From positions 992,001-1,056,000 of the forward strand of contig CBDBZY010000064.1 of the NCBI GenBank assembly GCA_965213685.1: a stretch of DNA of 64,000 nt, read 5' to 3'. The notes under the pieces were generated by a model. The model was not told where the DNA came from and ran no database searches. It was given only the letters and a program-made list of their open reading frames with translations. Positions 26,877 to 54,344 of the stretch are shown here, piece by piece (the stretch's first letter is position 1; each line of letters opens with the position of its first letter). The translations under genes were made by a program, and so were the position numbers. This DNA comes from a bacterium (lineage in GTDB: Bacteria > UBA8248).

Positions 26877-27049
26877 TTAAAGACGTGGTATGGGCGGAGT
26901 TTAAATAGTTAGCGGGTGTGGTTTTAATTGGGCGAGCGCGAGCGAGCCCACCTAGTCGTTGCGCTGGAGTCCTCCTCTATATATTTCTATATATATATAT
27001 ATTTCTATATAATTATACATATATATATATATATATATATATAATGATA

Positions 27050-27446
<397 letters not shown>

Positions 27447-28725
27447 GTCATCGGCAATGCCACCTTTTGGTCCCCGCGGGCCCCCGCGCTACGGGCAAAC
27501 GTAAAGCCGGCTCGATCACATCCGGTTACTTGGTACAGACTGAGTTGGACCTCTCGACGTTTTACAAGCAAGCCTTGCCTAGTGTGTTACGACTCACGAT
27601 TCAGACTACCCTTGTCCCTTGCCTCGTCAACGCTCGGAGGGCAGCTACCGTTCGCTGCGTCGTTACACGCGGCAAGAGCTAGCTACTGAGCTTGGGGCCC
27701 ACGGGACTAAGCTCACAGGCTGGTCGTGCGACGAGGCAGGGCTAGGGCTAGACTAGGGACTGCGACTAGCTTGTAGACATGGGTGTACATCGCTCCTGCT
27801 CGCCCACAATGCTGGGCATTCTACTAGTAATTAGTCGTGGTCCCGGTAGCTGCGCTGGAAAAGTTGGAGCCTATGCAGACACAAACAATTTTTATTGCAC
27901 GATTGTACGTCTAGGTCCTTTAGCTACATCGTGGTGAAGTTTAACAGTCATCAGCGCTTCCATTTGTGGGCGATAGCGTGAAACATTCAGCCTATTCGAG
28001 CGCCCCGCTATAGTCTAGTATAGCATGCGCCAGACAGAGGGTTACTGCAGTTGTTCTGTGTGTCCGTCTCTGTCTGTGTGTGTATGTCTGTCCGCGGGAG
28101 TTAATCTGGGAACTGGCTAGTAGACGTCTAACCGAAAGCACTAACGGGTTGAGCGGCACATTTGTTCACGTTGCGTATACATCTCCGTTTCACGTCCGTA
28201 AAGCTAGTGCGACAATGTTCAAAGTTTATAGTTCAAAGTTCAAGTATTATACAATACAACCCAACAATGGCACTGCACATGTGCAACAAATAAATAATAA
28301 TATAATTTAGAAAATATTTTGCATACATGAAAATGTCAGAGTTTGAGCATGAGAGGGAAGTAATAATCCGCTCTGGATCGGAAAGATGTGTGTCGGTCCA
28401 TGCCGATGCCGTGCATGATGTCCCGCGTAAGCGCATGCATGTACGAGGCTATATGCGCACACGCGTACGTGCACAGACTCAACAACATGCAAGACAAGGC
28501 AGGACACGACTACAGTGGAACCCCTCTAAAGCGGACACCAGGTTATTTTTTGTCCGTTAAGCTCAAGGGTTTAGGTGCTCAAGTGCGTGAATGCGCGCGC
28601 ATGTAGCTAGTGTCCGTCTGTAAGCTTATAGCAGGCTATACACACTCATAGGCTGGGGTCAAGATGGCAAATCAGCCTGTATTATGTATAACAAACGCAG
28701 CTGCTAGTTGTGTGAGTAAGCAGTC

Positions 28726-29090
28726 CAGTGATTGTGCAACTTGCAAGATGCCGCCTAAGAGGACGCGGTCTCTTGTGAAGACGCCTGCAGGACAGGTGTC
28801 TGCTCAGACGCAAGCAAATATAGAACACTGTGCTTTGTGCTGTCATAAAATTGTGCAGAACAAGGAGGATGTCTTGTTTTGTACTGGCAAGTGCAACGGT
28901 CCGATTCACCGTTACTGTCTTGGTGTCTTTGTTCTTCTGTTGGAGGAAATGAAAACGACTTCTGCGACGGCCACTGCACCTATCCCTGGTACCAAGCGAG
29001 TACAATTTTTGTGCCTCGTAAGCACACAGCAAGCTCAGAAAGAAGAGGTCCATGAGCTTAAAAGCATAATCGCTGCTTGAAGATGCAAGA
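28726..29090 (+). mobile_element. PHD-finger ORF1-like fragment, probably from a CR1/L2 LINE
   Basis: CALCCHKI..EDVLFCTGKCNGPIHRYCLGV..FLCLV followed by coiled-coil EEVHELKS. Confidence 0.6.
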
Positions 29091-29124
29091 CTTGCAAGAC
29101 ACTGTGCAAAAGCTGTCTGCATCT

Positions 29125-29990
29125 GTTGCTTCTTTTTTTTTTTTTGTATAACACTTTTTGATATGCAAATGCAACATACCAAAGGATATACAAAATAGCA
29201 GATGCTAATGAATGGTATACCCTATACTCAAGTTACTATAAATTTAATCTACACAGTACCTATACACATTATACATGTACTGAGTGCAGGTAATCCAAAA
29301 GTAGTTTCTTGAACTGAAAAAGTGTTGGGGCCTGCACAATATGTAGGGGGAGGTTGTTCCACAAAGAACACAAAAGTGGGATGAAGGATGATTTGAAAGC
29401 ATTAGAACGAGCAAAAGGCTGAACTAGTTTAAGACATGAGGTAGATCTTATTGAAACAGGTTTCTTGAAATTCAATATGTTTGGAGGGAAGAACATCTGG
29501 TTGTGAATGATCTTGTAGAAAGTACATAAGCTCAAATATTCCCGCCGTGCAGCCAAAGTCAGGATCTTGGAGTTCAGAAGCAAATCTCCATAACAAAGAT
29601 CCCACTGTCTGGTACATATACGAAGTGCCATTTTTTGAGTGTTTTCCAACTCATCAATGTTCTTCTTTAGGTGTGGGTTCCATACCTGGCTTGCATACTC
29701 CATATGTGGACGAACAATTGAGGAATAGAGTTTCATGAACTGTTGTGGATTTATAAGCCCATAAAATTGTCTGTACAGCAATCCCAGGAGTTTACGTACC
29801 TTTCGAGCAGTGTTATGAATGTGTTCTGACCAGGATAGGGTTGAAGTGATGGTTACACCCAAATATTGAAACTCATGTACTCTTTCAATTTCCGCTGCTC
29901 CGATGGTTAAGACAGGTGGCTCTGCTCTCAGTTTTTTCTTGTTGGAGAGAATCATGTATTTGCTTTTCTGTCCATTGAAGTTTAAATGTT
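29125..29990 (-). mobile_element. CR1/L2-like LINE 3' end with A-rich tail
   Basis: FQYLGV, VRPHMEYASQVWNP, SFIP..LWNNLP; T-run at 29131-29145. Confidence 0.85.
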
Positions 29991-30516
29991 TGCTTCTTGT
30001 TGCAACGCTGGTCTCCCTTCGTCGTTTGCTGCTGTTACAACATCAACAAGATCAGCATCGAGACTTGGGTATCATTATGTCCAATAATCTCAGCTGGAGT
30101 GCCCACTGCAGTCCAATGCCTACAAAATGCTTAATCTACTGCGACATGTTTTTAGCACAAACCATTGTCCTCAGAATAAAAGAGCTCTTTATGTATCACT
30201 AACATAAATTCTAAACTCATGTACAACTCTCCCCTTTGGCGTCCACAATTTATAAAAGTATAGTCATTGAACTAGTTCATGGTGAGCAACGAAGTACATT
30301 AAGTGACTATTCATCTTCTGCCTCAAGTTACTGCCTTTAACAATGTAGTTTGAACTGAACGATGTACTTTTCTTTATAAACTGTCACAAACACCCGACAA
30401 ATGCTTTCAACATACATGAATATGTTATGTTTAGTAGTCACACTCCAAGGTGTACTTCTGCTCTTAAACTGAAACATTCCATTACCAAAACAAATTTGGA
30501 ACGCCATTCATATTTC

Positions 30517-30871
30517 AACAAGTATTAATTTTAAAAAAGGTTGAAAGATGTAGGGATGGCTGTGCCAAAAACCACAGAAACTAGGTGTAGGGATGGCAGT
30601 GTGCAGGCAAGACATGTTAATACAAAGACTACACAAGTAACCCCATCCCTACATCTTTTTTATACCTGATATGATATTGTGGGCTATGCATGCCATTAGG
30701 CTTTTGAGAATAGCAGTTTGAAGCAAAAAGATGTAGGGATGGGGTTACTTGTGTAGTCTTTGTATAACATGTCTTGCCTGCACACTTCCATCCCTACACC
30801 TAGTTTCTGTGGTTTTTGTCACAGCCATCCCTATATCTTTCAACATTTAAAAAAGTATTTTTAATACTTGT
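30517..30871. repeat. Long inverted repeat forming the 5' end of HINE-like family 2
   Basis: Arms 30517-30660 and 30725-30871 with GATGTAGGGATGG/CCATCCCTAC motifs; same structure at 46951-47306. Confidence 0.75.
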
Positions 30872-33324
30872 TTGTATCCTTTTCCTGTACAAAAGTTCAC
30901 TAAAGTATTCTGTTATTGCAAGCTTCTTTCAGAATCCCTGAAACAAATCATAACAGCCACTGCTACCTGTCAGGAACAGAGTAGAAAGGGGCTTAACCGT
31001 AAGGAGCTTGACCACCATCACGGCAGTTTGAAGTTGGGGGGCTGAGCCCCTCCAAAAGGTCCTGAGCTAAAGTGGCTACCTTACTGGCTAACTCGTTCCC
31101 GCTACATTAACATTTTTGTACAATAGAATAGCGAAGATAGACACTGCTCCAACCTCTCTCATATCAGTGACAACACCAGCCTGTGCTACTCAAGAGCCTA
31201 AAATTAATAGGCGTGGCTTCGCGAGACCTGCCCTCATGTGCTTACAGTTTGCACCACATGACAATAATTACGTTGTGAAAGTTGGCTATGTGAAGACATC
31301 GGTCCATCAGAATGCTCCACAGGAATACCATCGAGTATGCGGATTTTGAGAGGGCCAACAAAATGTCAGGTGGCCTATGCCTTAGATTCTTAATATTCTG
31401 TTCTGGAGACCCTTGATGTTTCTATTTTTTCAACATTTTTGTTGGTTGTGACTTCAATGTTGATTTTTCAAACAAGCAGCATCCTCTCTTTTATAAGTTC
31501 CTCACTATAATTATTGGATAGTTTTTACTGATGCAGGTGGTACTTGGTCCAACTCACACCAGTTTCTAAGAAAACTAAACACTTATAGACTTAGTTCAAT
31601 ACTCCAAGCTGCACAGTCGTTCTGCCAAGGCCCAGAAATGAGATGTATTTGCAACGCGGAAGTAACTTAATGGGTGTGGTCTTTGAAGAAAAGTGCCGTA
31701 AACTTTGCCATAGTTTAAGTTGTGCTTTCAAAGCGTTTATGCACTTCTAGTCTTAGATACTGTACACTAACAAGGTCTAAGAGTTGGCTAGGTCTTAGTT
31801 CTGGTTTGGAAGTCAGAGGTGCTTGGGACCTGTAGATATCTTACTTAGAATAGTATTAGGCTTACCCAAGCCTGAACAAATGACGTACAAAGGTTGCTCC
31901 AGAACATCAGTCCTGACCGGGCCATGGGTCTGTGCTTTGCAGGATATAGATACATACATATGTGTAGACACTTTTGTGTTGTTCTTCTCATGCTACAGAG
32001 GAGTGAATTTGGGTACAAAATTGCGCAAAGAACGATGCGTTTAAGTATCCGTGGAAGCACCAGGTGAGTAGCTACAGTCTTACATAAACAGTATAATTCA
32101 CTAAGTACACTGAAGTAGGATACACGTTATGCAATCTTTCAAGTGGAAGAATGTCAAGTAGTGGAGTACACCAAAGGAAAAAAACGTGTCCCTAGCAGAC
32201 TGGTTTTCTCAGATGTACTCTATGCCATGAGTTGCAGGCACGATATACTCATCCAGTTAGTTGGAAGAATCCAAACATACTTCCCTTTGTATGTGGTGAG
32301 GAGGCCATCCATCCAGAGAGCTGTATCTGCTGGAATTGCCGTGACAACATTGGGCTAGGGATGAAAAACCCAGCTATGTTCAAACCTAGATGGGAGAAGA
32401 GAAGAGACGATATTGGCAGATATGGAGCAAACCATACACTACAGCACAGTATCTGACACACAGGAAGAGTCTGTGGATGAGATCATGGAAAGGGTGTTTG
32501 GAGAGAACTGGAATGATGAAGAGAGTAGTGAAGAACACAGCTCTGACAGTGATAGAGACTGAATGGCACATACTCTAGTCACTCACAATGCAAGTAAATT
32601 TTTGCCGTTTTGTCACTAGCACAACTCCATTCTTGTAAGTCAGAACAACTCACTGTTTACTTTATCACTGCATCCATCCTTGCACTGCACGCAGCTCTTA
32701 TATCATCGTGATAGAGGGGTCAGGACTGCTATTGTATGTTGAATGCTTTGGGAGACCCCGTTTGGAACACGCTCCGTAGCTAAGGCCCTGGAGCAGCTAC
32801 GTCCTTCGGACAAAAACAACCGTATGCACAAAGACGTTGAGTACAAGGTACACGAATTTTGTTTCTCTACTCTGTACCGTTCCAGAGTGTGCGGCTCGAA
32901 AATCCGAGTCAGAGAACGGGCGTATTTCACGGAAGCAATTTGCAATGACGTAATCAAAAATTGTTGCACCGCAAATAAATTGTACGTGCGTCAATGTGCG
33001 CTGACGGCCACTCTGCATCTGCGTAATCGATCAGGCTAGAGCTTCAATATTTCTTTTTCGCTTATTTAAAGATTTGGTTTACAGCTGTTTTGGAAGCTGC
33101 GCGCGCGCAGGCTTTTTCGCGTGTTTAGTAAACGGTTTCTCAACAGCCCCAGAATGCACCAAAATGCGTCTCAGAGAATCAGTTTTTCAAATTTCCTGGG
33201 GGGGCATGCCCCCACACCCCCCTAGAAAAGGCCGCTTACGCGTACGCGGCTGCCACCTTTGGCGGCACACAACATATGGAACCCCCCTTTCTCTAAATTC
33301 TAGATCTGCCACTACTGTCCACTT

Positions 33325-33885
33325 TCCAAAGAATTGCTGTCGTTTTAGCGTTGGTAAATGTAGGGGGAAAGCGACGGTACGCTAAAACGACAGCAATTCT
33401 TTGGCGCGGTTACAAATTCGCTGGGAAAAAATTCATATTTCCCGCTACCGTTGGACGTGCGGCGCTGTGTGGCGCCAACCGGTGAAGAGGTGGATGCTCG
33501 CCAAAGGGGAGTGAACTAGTTTATGCGCAATGGGTTGCTCGAGGCTTGGCCTGCTACTTTACGGCAGAATTTGCTACCGTTTTTCTAAATTCCGCAGCAC
33601 GAAGAAAACGATTATATGTCTAGAAAGAAAGATTTAGCACGAATTTTTAAAGCAAACTTAGATAGCCAACATGCTTAGTAATCATCCATCGAAGTTTCGT
33701 CTCTGCAGCATTAGCCGTTATTGGAAAATTTTGTTTCTATAATTAGCGATATGCATATTGCGTAAATTTTATAATTCTATGAACCGACATATCACGCAAA
33801 ACTACGTTATTTCGCTAACAGGCATCATTAGGAAAATACAATAAAACATAAATCAGGCAAAATCATGTCTTAGGGTCGTCCTGCC
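33325..33885 (-). mobile_element. Kolobok-like MITE, copy 3, with a rearranged fold-back end
   Basis: Reverse complement of copies 1 and 2; TTAA at 33886-33889; 33325-33379 is an inverted piece of the same element. Confidence 0.75.
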
Positions 33886-34146
33886 TTAATTGGCGTGGAC
33901 GAAACGCGCACGTGCAGTAACGTAGCCCACGCATTACGCCCTCTAAATCACCTTTCACATTAGCTCGCGTACGCTGGAAGAGCCTGATCGATCGCCCAGC
34001 ACAGAGCCGCTCTCTTCTTTGCAGGGATTCTCTGTTGTCAGTTGTTACCCTACGTCGAGTTACAGGTACAATGCATACAAACGTGCGCATAACTCTACCT
34101 CGCCCTGCGATGGACTGTAAATGCCACACAGCGTTCTAGCCCATCC

Positions 34147-35146
<1,000 letters not shown>

Positions 35147-35355
35147 CTATACATCCCAATAGCTCATCTACGAGTCTTTGTTGTATAAAGAACCACTCTG
35201 TGTTCGAGTTTAGAAAGCAAAATCGGCACCTCACGTGAATGTGGTTTTCCCCGCCCACGTTAATTAAACGTCTCGCGTTTACGCTATTTCGGAGCTCAGG
35301 CTCTCCCCTTTCCTAATTTTACGGGTTCAAAGGTCACGCATCAACAGCGCGCGTA

Positions 35356-36588
35356 GGGCACGCCGTTAGTAACAAAAATCATCTGGTCTCAGGTCGACCT
35401 CAGATTGACACACGCGGACCGTCATCGGGACTGTACCCATTGCCACGTGTACTCCAAACATGGCGGAGAGTGCTGGTGACACGGTTAGCCTGCTGGTGTG
35501 TCTGGGCGAGAGAAAGAGGCCCATTTTCGTTGAGCAGAGGAGCGACGTTTAATGAGCTGAGGCTTGAGATTGTTGAGGCGTTCAGGGATGTTTTTGGGAT
35601 ATATATGTCTCAGACAACACTAGCACTATTATTGAACACCTTTGTATACACCATGCATCATGGGGAGAGCATTTAGTAAACCACCCATGCACTAGAACAC
35701 TGGTATAGTCACCCAACTTCTGAGACGAGGTAATATTTACTTTCCTTCATCTCCAATTACTAGTAGTCCTGTCTTGAGCCCTGTAGCTAGTATAATAAAC
35801 TAAAGAAAACTGGCTGGAAATAATGAACTGTCAACAGATCTAGACTAAACTTTGGAGGGCAACAAAATCACCCATAAGTCACAACTTATAAGTCCCACTC
35901 ATGCAGACTCAATTTCATTTTTTGCAAATTTCAATGGCCAAATTGGTTCATATACATGAAATCCAACAAGACTACTGACCAGATATACGCATGTTCATGT
36001 AGCTCCATACCATGGTTTTGGCTTTGGGAGAGAGGATGCACCTGTTATCTCAATCGAGCAACTAACTCCGCTGATAGATCAAGGTTAATACTTGGAACAT
36101 TGACATATTCAGGATTGTCATCAATAGGGAGTAGGCTGGTGTCATCAATGCCATACATTGTGTACTCGCAGCGAAACTATTAGTCTTCTAAGTTCAACAA
36201 TCCTGTCTCTAAAACGATGTAACACCTGATCACTGTTCCCTCCACTCGCGATGTCCGGGCGGGCTGCCGTGTTCACCACTAAGCCTGCTAACAGAGCTCT
36301 AGTCGTTCAGATGCGTACTCCGCATAGGGTAGTCTTGCAATACCAAACTGGCGCTCCAAGTCTCTGAAAGTTGTGCGAAGTATTCGTTCCAGCCCCAAGT
36401 AACAGAGTCTGTACTTTCAGCCATGGGTTAGGTTTGAAATTCTATTTATTGCCGCTTACTTCAGCAAGGCTATGAGGCGTGCCACCGCTTGCTGTCAATC
36501 TGAGGTCGACCTGAGACCGCTCGGGTCGACCTGAGAAGTTCTCAGGTCGACCTGAGACCAGATGATTTTTGTTACTAACGGCGTGCCA
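35356..36588. mobile_element. TIR element with TA target duplication (PIF/Harbinger/ISL2EU-like GGC ends)
   Basis: ~48-bp TIR GGCACGCCGTTAGTAACAAAAATCATCTGGTCTCAGGTCGACCT; TA on both sides. Confidence 0.7.
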
Positions 36589-36639
36589 TACGCGCGCGGG
36601 GGAGAGCCTGGGGACGAGGCTAGTGCCACATGCTCCTTA

Positions 36640-38505
36640 CCGTATCTTCAGCATCTAAGCTCAACTCACACCAACAGATTTCCTCATATCTGTGTTGTAG
36701 AAAGGAATATGTTGTTGTTGAGCGAGCATCATCCAGTACTACCTATATATCTTTCATCTCAACAACTGCGTTGTGGGATCCCGGCCTTTTGGCCACAAAG
36801 CAGCAGCTCATGCTGCTCGACTCTATCTGCATGGTATGCCCTCCTGTTGAAGCTTGACTTCAGGAATGCCTTCAACACATTGACAAGGGACAAAATGTTG
36901 GAGTCAGTGAAGGATCATGCCCCAGAGTTGTTCAGCTTCATCCATGCAGCCTATGGAGAACCCTCACTTTTGTTCTGTGGCCAACACACCTTAGTCTCGG
37001 CTGAGGAAGTTCAGCAAGGGGATCCACTTGGCCCATTCTTCTTTTGCCTTACCATTCAACTGCTTGTGCTCCAGCTTCGATGAGAGTTCAAGGTTTTATT
37101 ACTCTCATTGAAGCTTCAGCACAAGCAGTTGAATGGTGTGTTGGCCACAGAACAAAAGTGGGGGTTCTCCATAGGCTGCGTGGATGAAGCTGAACAACTC
37201 TGGGACATGATCTAACAACCTTACTACATTAGACAATGGCACCATTGGGGGCAGCGCAGAGGATATAATCTATGACATGGAAGAACAGGCAGGTCTTCTG
37301 GGATTGTGCTTCAATCATGCAAAGACAGAGCTTATTTGTGATGATGAATACACCAGAAATGTTGTTCTTTCATCAATGTCTTATTTACAGGTGACCAGTT
37401 GCAAACAAACGACACTCCTTAGGGCTCCTATTGGCAGCCTTGAGGTGATTGATAGCACAATCGCAGCAAACATTGACAAGCTGACAATAATGGGAGAGAG
37501 ACTGCTACATCTACCTCTCAAAGATGCTTTCCTATTCCCTAGCCATCCCTCGACTCCTTTACATCCTGTGGACTTCACCGTGTTTTTTTTCAACTCAATC
37601 AAAAGGTTTGATGATACTCTCAATCGCATATTGTGTCAAGTCTTGAATGTCGACCTCAGTCAGGACTTGGCATGGCTGCAGGCTTCACTCCCAGTACGTG
37701 CTGGAGGTCTTGGTGTACGTCGAGCAACACAGCTGGCACCCTCAGCCTTTCTAGCCTCTGCTGCTGGTTGCTCCTACCTCGTACAACAGATCATGCGTTC
37801 ATCAGCTGTCTTTCTAGATCCAGATTGAAGTATTGAATCTGCAATTTCCATCTGGAGCCAGGGCCACTCAGAATCACCTCCATCACCTCCCAACTCATTT
37901 CAGCTGCACACATGGGATGAACCTCATGTTGTAGCCACTTATAACAAGTCATTAGACCATGCGCAGGACAACCAGACCAAAGCTTGACTCCTGGCTGTCT
38001 CTTGTCCAGAGTCTTGAGCATGGCTGAATGCTTTGCCTGTTGCTGCACTTGGTTTGCATATGAGTGACGATGTGATTAGGGTTGCTGCTGGGTTACGATT
38101 GGGGGTACCACTCTGCCAGCCTCATCATTGTACAACTGCAGAGCACATGTTGACACCCTTGGTACACATGGTCTTAGCTGCCAATTCAGTAGGGGGCGCC
38201 AACCTCGGCATGCATCTCTAAATGACATCACTGAACAGATATTAGAAGTAGCAAAGGTTCCCTGTCACCTGGAGCCAAGTGGTCTTCTCCGTTCAGATGG
38301 AAAGACACCAGATAGGACCACCTTAGTTCCGTGGCAGTGTGGAAAGGTGCTTGTATGGGATGCCACATGCCCAGACACTCTGGCCCCATCACACTCAGCA
38401 TTGGCAACAAGAGAAGCATGTGCTGTAGCACCAGATTCTGAACACAAAAAAAATACAAAAGAACTTGCACCTGTTACCATCCCATCACTTCATTCCAATT
38501 GTTGT
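36640..38505 (+). mobile_element. CRE-clade non-LTR retrotransposon (RT, zinc finger, RLE), degenerate
   Basis: [65 protein letters not shown]. Confidence 0.9.
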
Positions 38506-39211
38506 ACATTCTCCTAATGGTCTAAAAAAGGTCAGTGATGTATTGACATGTGGTCGGGTGTCAGACAATAGTGAACAAGGGGTCATACCATCTGCATTGG
38601 GCTACTTGTGAGAGTCCTACAAGAAGTCCGAGTTGCTGGGTTAAAGTGCCCCAGAACAAGATGCGTTACGATACAGCTACATGTATACGAGCGTGAACTG
38701 GTGAAACAACTCATTTTGCTCGCATACACCCCTAATCTCGCCATCGTAGCCTTGTGGCGCCACATCCTTTCATACCGCATAAGGCGTGGCTCACGAGGCT
38801 ACAATGTACAATTATACCCTACGTCGCGCACAGACTGCGCGCGCGCGGACTGCGGCCTCATAATACTTGTTCCCGAGAGCCCTTACTTGTGAGAGTCCTA
38901 CAAGTAAACCTAGTGGCTGGGTCGACGTGTCCCTGGACAAGGTGCGTGCTTATCTACATGTATACGCTCGTGAACCAGCAAAATAACTAGGTGGATAGGT
39001 ACTTACTCGTATTTTGGAAAGAGGGGCAAGTAAGATCTTAGATAGTTCATATATCTAAGGTAAGATTGACGCGAGAATTGGTAACTATGTCTTAGCCTAC
39101 AGCTTCAATATACATTGTACATGTAATTCCTTTTGCAGTGACCGTAATCAAACGAAAAGCTCGGCAGTTTCTCTCTGATGGAAAAGTGTAAGCCACAGAA
39201 ACTGATCCTTG

Positions 39212-39335
39212 CTTAGAAACTTTTTGCATATTCAAGCTTTGATGTGGGACACAATTGTGAGGTTGTTGAACCGTGTAGAAACTCCTGTCAGGTCACTAAC
39301 CAGTTAGAAGCTTGAATATGCACATATTTTCTAAG
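39212..39335. mobile_element. Small TIR insertion
   Basis: CTTAGAAA..TGCATATTCAAGCTT / AAGCTTGAATATGCA..TTTCTAAG; absent at the paralogous site ~12680. Confidence 0.55.
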
Positions 39336-40977
39336 TAATATTATACTCTACTCTAAGCCTTTGCACAGCACTGGAAGGCTTCCCTTAACAGAGCTGCACA
39401 GCTGTCGCTATGATAACTGCCATATGTTGCTGAGGTGGTACTAAGCTCACTCTAATGTAAACAATTTTTTGATTAACAAACCAACTAATGTTTGTATGTA
39501 TTTATTATGCATACTCCTGCAGGTACAATGAGATATTTGCATATTTAAAGATTAACTCCAACCCATAGTAACTGTTATCTCAGTTGCATATCAAGTAATA
39601 GATAATGTGCATTTGAAGTTCAATTTGTGGGAATGAGGGGTGTGGTCGAGAGACCCATACTGCACAAAGCACATGAGTGCTGTATGGATCTCGAGACCAT
39701 AGTCCTAGTTCCCATAAATCATGTATTGACCCCAAACACACATTATGTGTTTTATTGTGACTTTTCCAAAGCTACATGTAGCTTACCATTGCAGGATATG
39801 CAAGCAAAATGTCACCATTCAAATAGTTTTCTATTGAATGTTCAAAATTGCATACATTACGCTTTGTGCAATAGAATAGGAAGTAAAGGTATGGGTGGTG
39901 TCTTTGATCTGCCCACGCAAGTCACAATAAATATATTTAATTGTAAAACTTTTCTTGACCTACATAGGTGTTAGAACAGGTGAAGTGGTGCTAGTATTAT
40001 GAGGATCATGCCAGGAATATGCCAGTACATAATCTGTTTTGAAGATGTCTAGGCATGTATATTGTAGGAGCAAATTCCCATGCAAAGCATGCAGTGTTTT
40101 GATTCACAAGGATACAGAACATCTCCCACAACAATCGCAAGTGTAGGTAGGAGAGGACATCCAACTATAAGCTGAAAACATCTGTGTGATGCCTAGCAAA
40201 GCTGCATTCCAAAGGTGAAGGGTACATGAAACCCTTTTCATTGTACACACACTCAACACTGCATAGAAAGTGCTTGAGAGTTACATATTTGTCTCTTCTG
40301 AACTGTGATGATCAGGGATGTAGCAAGCCCTTCGTAAGTGGTACGGTAAGGGGTGTGGCTAAACTCCTCCCTCACATTCTGCGTTAGTTAGACTGCTTGT
40401 GGAGAGCAAGAACACAGCAAAAAAGGAGATGGTTGTTTTAACCTTGCTATGGTTTACTCAGTTGCACCTGAGTGTTGCCATGTCACCCCCGCATTGAGTT
40501 TCATTTCTCATACACTCTTGAGGCTGAATGCACGTGTGCAGTGTATAGGGGTAAACAGCCCATATAAGAGTGGTCACTGCTATGTCTTGCAAAATGGACT
40601 AAGGGAGTGTCATTCGTTCTACCATTCAATCCCTTAGCAAATTGACCATATTGCTTTTATACACATTCCTCACATCTGTTCAGTGCCAGCTGCTGTGAGA
40701 TCAAACAAGCAACTGAGATAACCACATTTGTGGGTTAAAGTAACCATGGACTTTTTGCAGTGAAGGCGTCACACCACGGATAGTGCTAGCCTCATGTGGC
40801 AGCAGGGTGGGCCATGTGGGCCATGGCCCACCCAACTTTTAGACTGGGCAAACTTTTTGTCTCCTTTATGAACGTTCTTTTGGTCCACTACCATGCACAA
40901 TATTCGCTGGTGTTGTATTTTGACGAGAATATCTTTAATGTACTGTAATTAACCATTTGTACTTTCTCTTCTTTTAG

Positions 40978-52590
<11,613 letters not shown>

Positions 52591-53108
52591 AGCATTGTGC
52601 CCATGGTATCTCCTCTGCCTCATGCATGATTTTATTCCGATATCATCATTTTTTTGTGCCATAGTGATTCATTTTGGCCTCATTCTATATACATGAAGCA
52701 ACACCAGCAGGTTAACCTGAGTGAGTAATAGCAGTTATGGGGTAACTCTTCTCTTTCACATGAATGCTACAATGCTTTGGAGTATGAAAACGTGGTTGCC
52801 ATAATCACAGAGAGAGAGAAGCTTACATGAGAAAGTTGTGTACTATCTACTCAGCATACTACAGTTTTGACCACTGTACAGTACTGAGAGTGTACAGTAC
52901 ACAAGCATTGTACGCATGAACCTTACATGCACCATGCATTACGTACAAGGTAACTTGGTACCTGGTGCATTTCCCACACTACCATGAAACTCGCTCCTCC
53001 ATGCACATACTATGTACATTGTCTATGACCAAGGTCTGAGTGTTTACACTCCATATTTGACAGAACATTGCTATGCATGTCAGTCATCAAACAAATCAGT
53101 GTGATCTC

Positions 53109-54330
53109 TCACAGTCTGTTCACAATCACAGAGGATTGTTGTGAATGCTGTTCTTCTGGGTGAAGAGAACAATAGAAATCTACCTCAGGATGAAGTGTAT
53201 GATGTAAGTGATGCTTGTCTTCACTGCTTAGCTGACCAAGGAACTGGTATATAGAGTGATAAGAAGTGATGGAGGGGTAGTATGAAGGGGGGATGGTGAG
53301 ATAATTCATAAGGGCATACAGGTCATGATGTGAGTGAATGGCACATGGGTGACAGAGCTCCAAAAATGGGCTGAAGTGCTCATTGTATATATATATTGAA
53401 TGGGAAGAGTGCCATTAATTGGACAAACTCTTGGAATGTAGGGTGGATGTCTGTTGCTTGAGATGAGTTTCTGAGAGTGTGCCAAGATGATAGCCATGCT
53501 CGGTACTCTTCTCTGCGGAAGTGTGATAGGGGGAATATCTGGGTGTGTGCTGGAAAGTGCTTATGTTGCTCATAAATATAACAAGATTCCAGTTTATTCC
53601 TATATGCTGATAAGAGTCTTTCAAGTGACTGCCTTATAATAGCAAATAGTTTTGTAGTCTGTGAAGAGTACCTAGGAAAGTTAAGTCCTTGAAATGATTT
53701 CACGATTCACCTGCAATACAAGTCTGAAATTGCAACAATCACTGTAGTAGCCCAGTTTCCAGATTCCCCCCTTGGGTGCACAAATGTTGACCTTTGCACC
53801 CAAAGGGAAATTAGTACACATAATTTGACCTTTGCACCCCAAAGGAAAATGGGTAATGCTGGCATAGAAGGATAATTGAATGTACTATATTATTACATTA
53901 TACTATGCAAAAAGAGTTCATATACACTATACACACCTCCTTTAGCACTTCCTCTGCTGGCCTCTTCTGCTGTGCTGACTCAGGAGCAAGCACACCATTA
54001 AGAATCAGCAAGAGTCGCTTCATGTTAGAGCAGCCATTCTTAGGGACATAGCAGAACACAATCTTCTTTGAGCCATTGTAGAGAAGGTGTGTGAATAGAG
54101 TGCTCAAGTCCTCAGGGCTTGATGGCAAGATGGAAAGGTGTAATTTGCTCTTTCGCAGAATTGCTCTACTTGAGTCTGTTGAAACTGTGTACATGTACAG
54201 TATAATAAATACCGTATACCGTAAATCTTATGGTTTACATTCTCCATGTGAGTCACTTCTAAGAGCACTTTCATGCCAGTAGTCATTCTTATGTGCTCTG
54301 CTCCTTCTTTGCTGTATCTTGCACCTTGCT
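53109..54330 (-). pseudogene. Carbohydrate sulfotransferase pseudogene (copy D)
   Basis: Exon 54184-53937 with HLLYNGSKKIVFCYVPKNGCSNMKR; IRQSLERLLSAYRNKLE, PTFQEFV, NEHFSPFLELCHPC; frameshift at (AT)n ~53385, loss of YDFYANF, phase mismatch at 53710. Confidence 0.8.
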
Positions 54331-54344
54331 AAAATAATAAGAAT

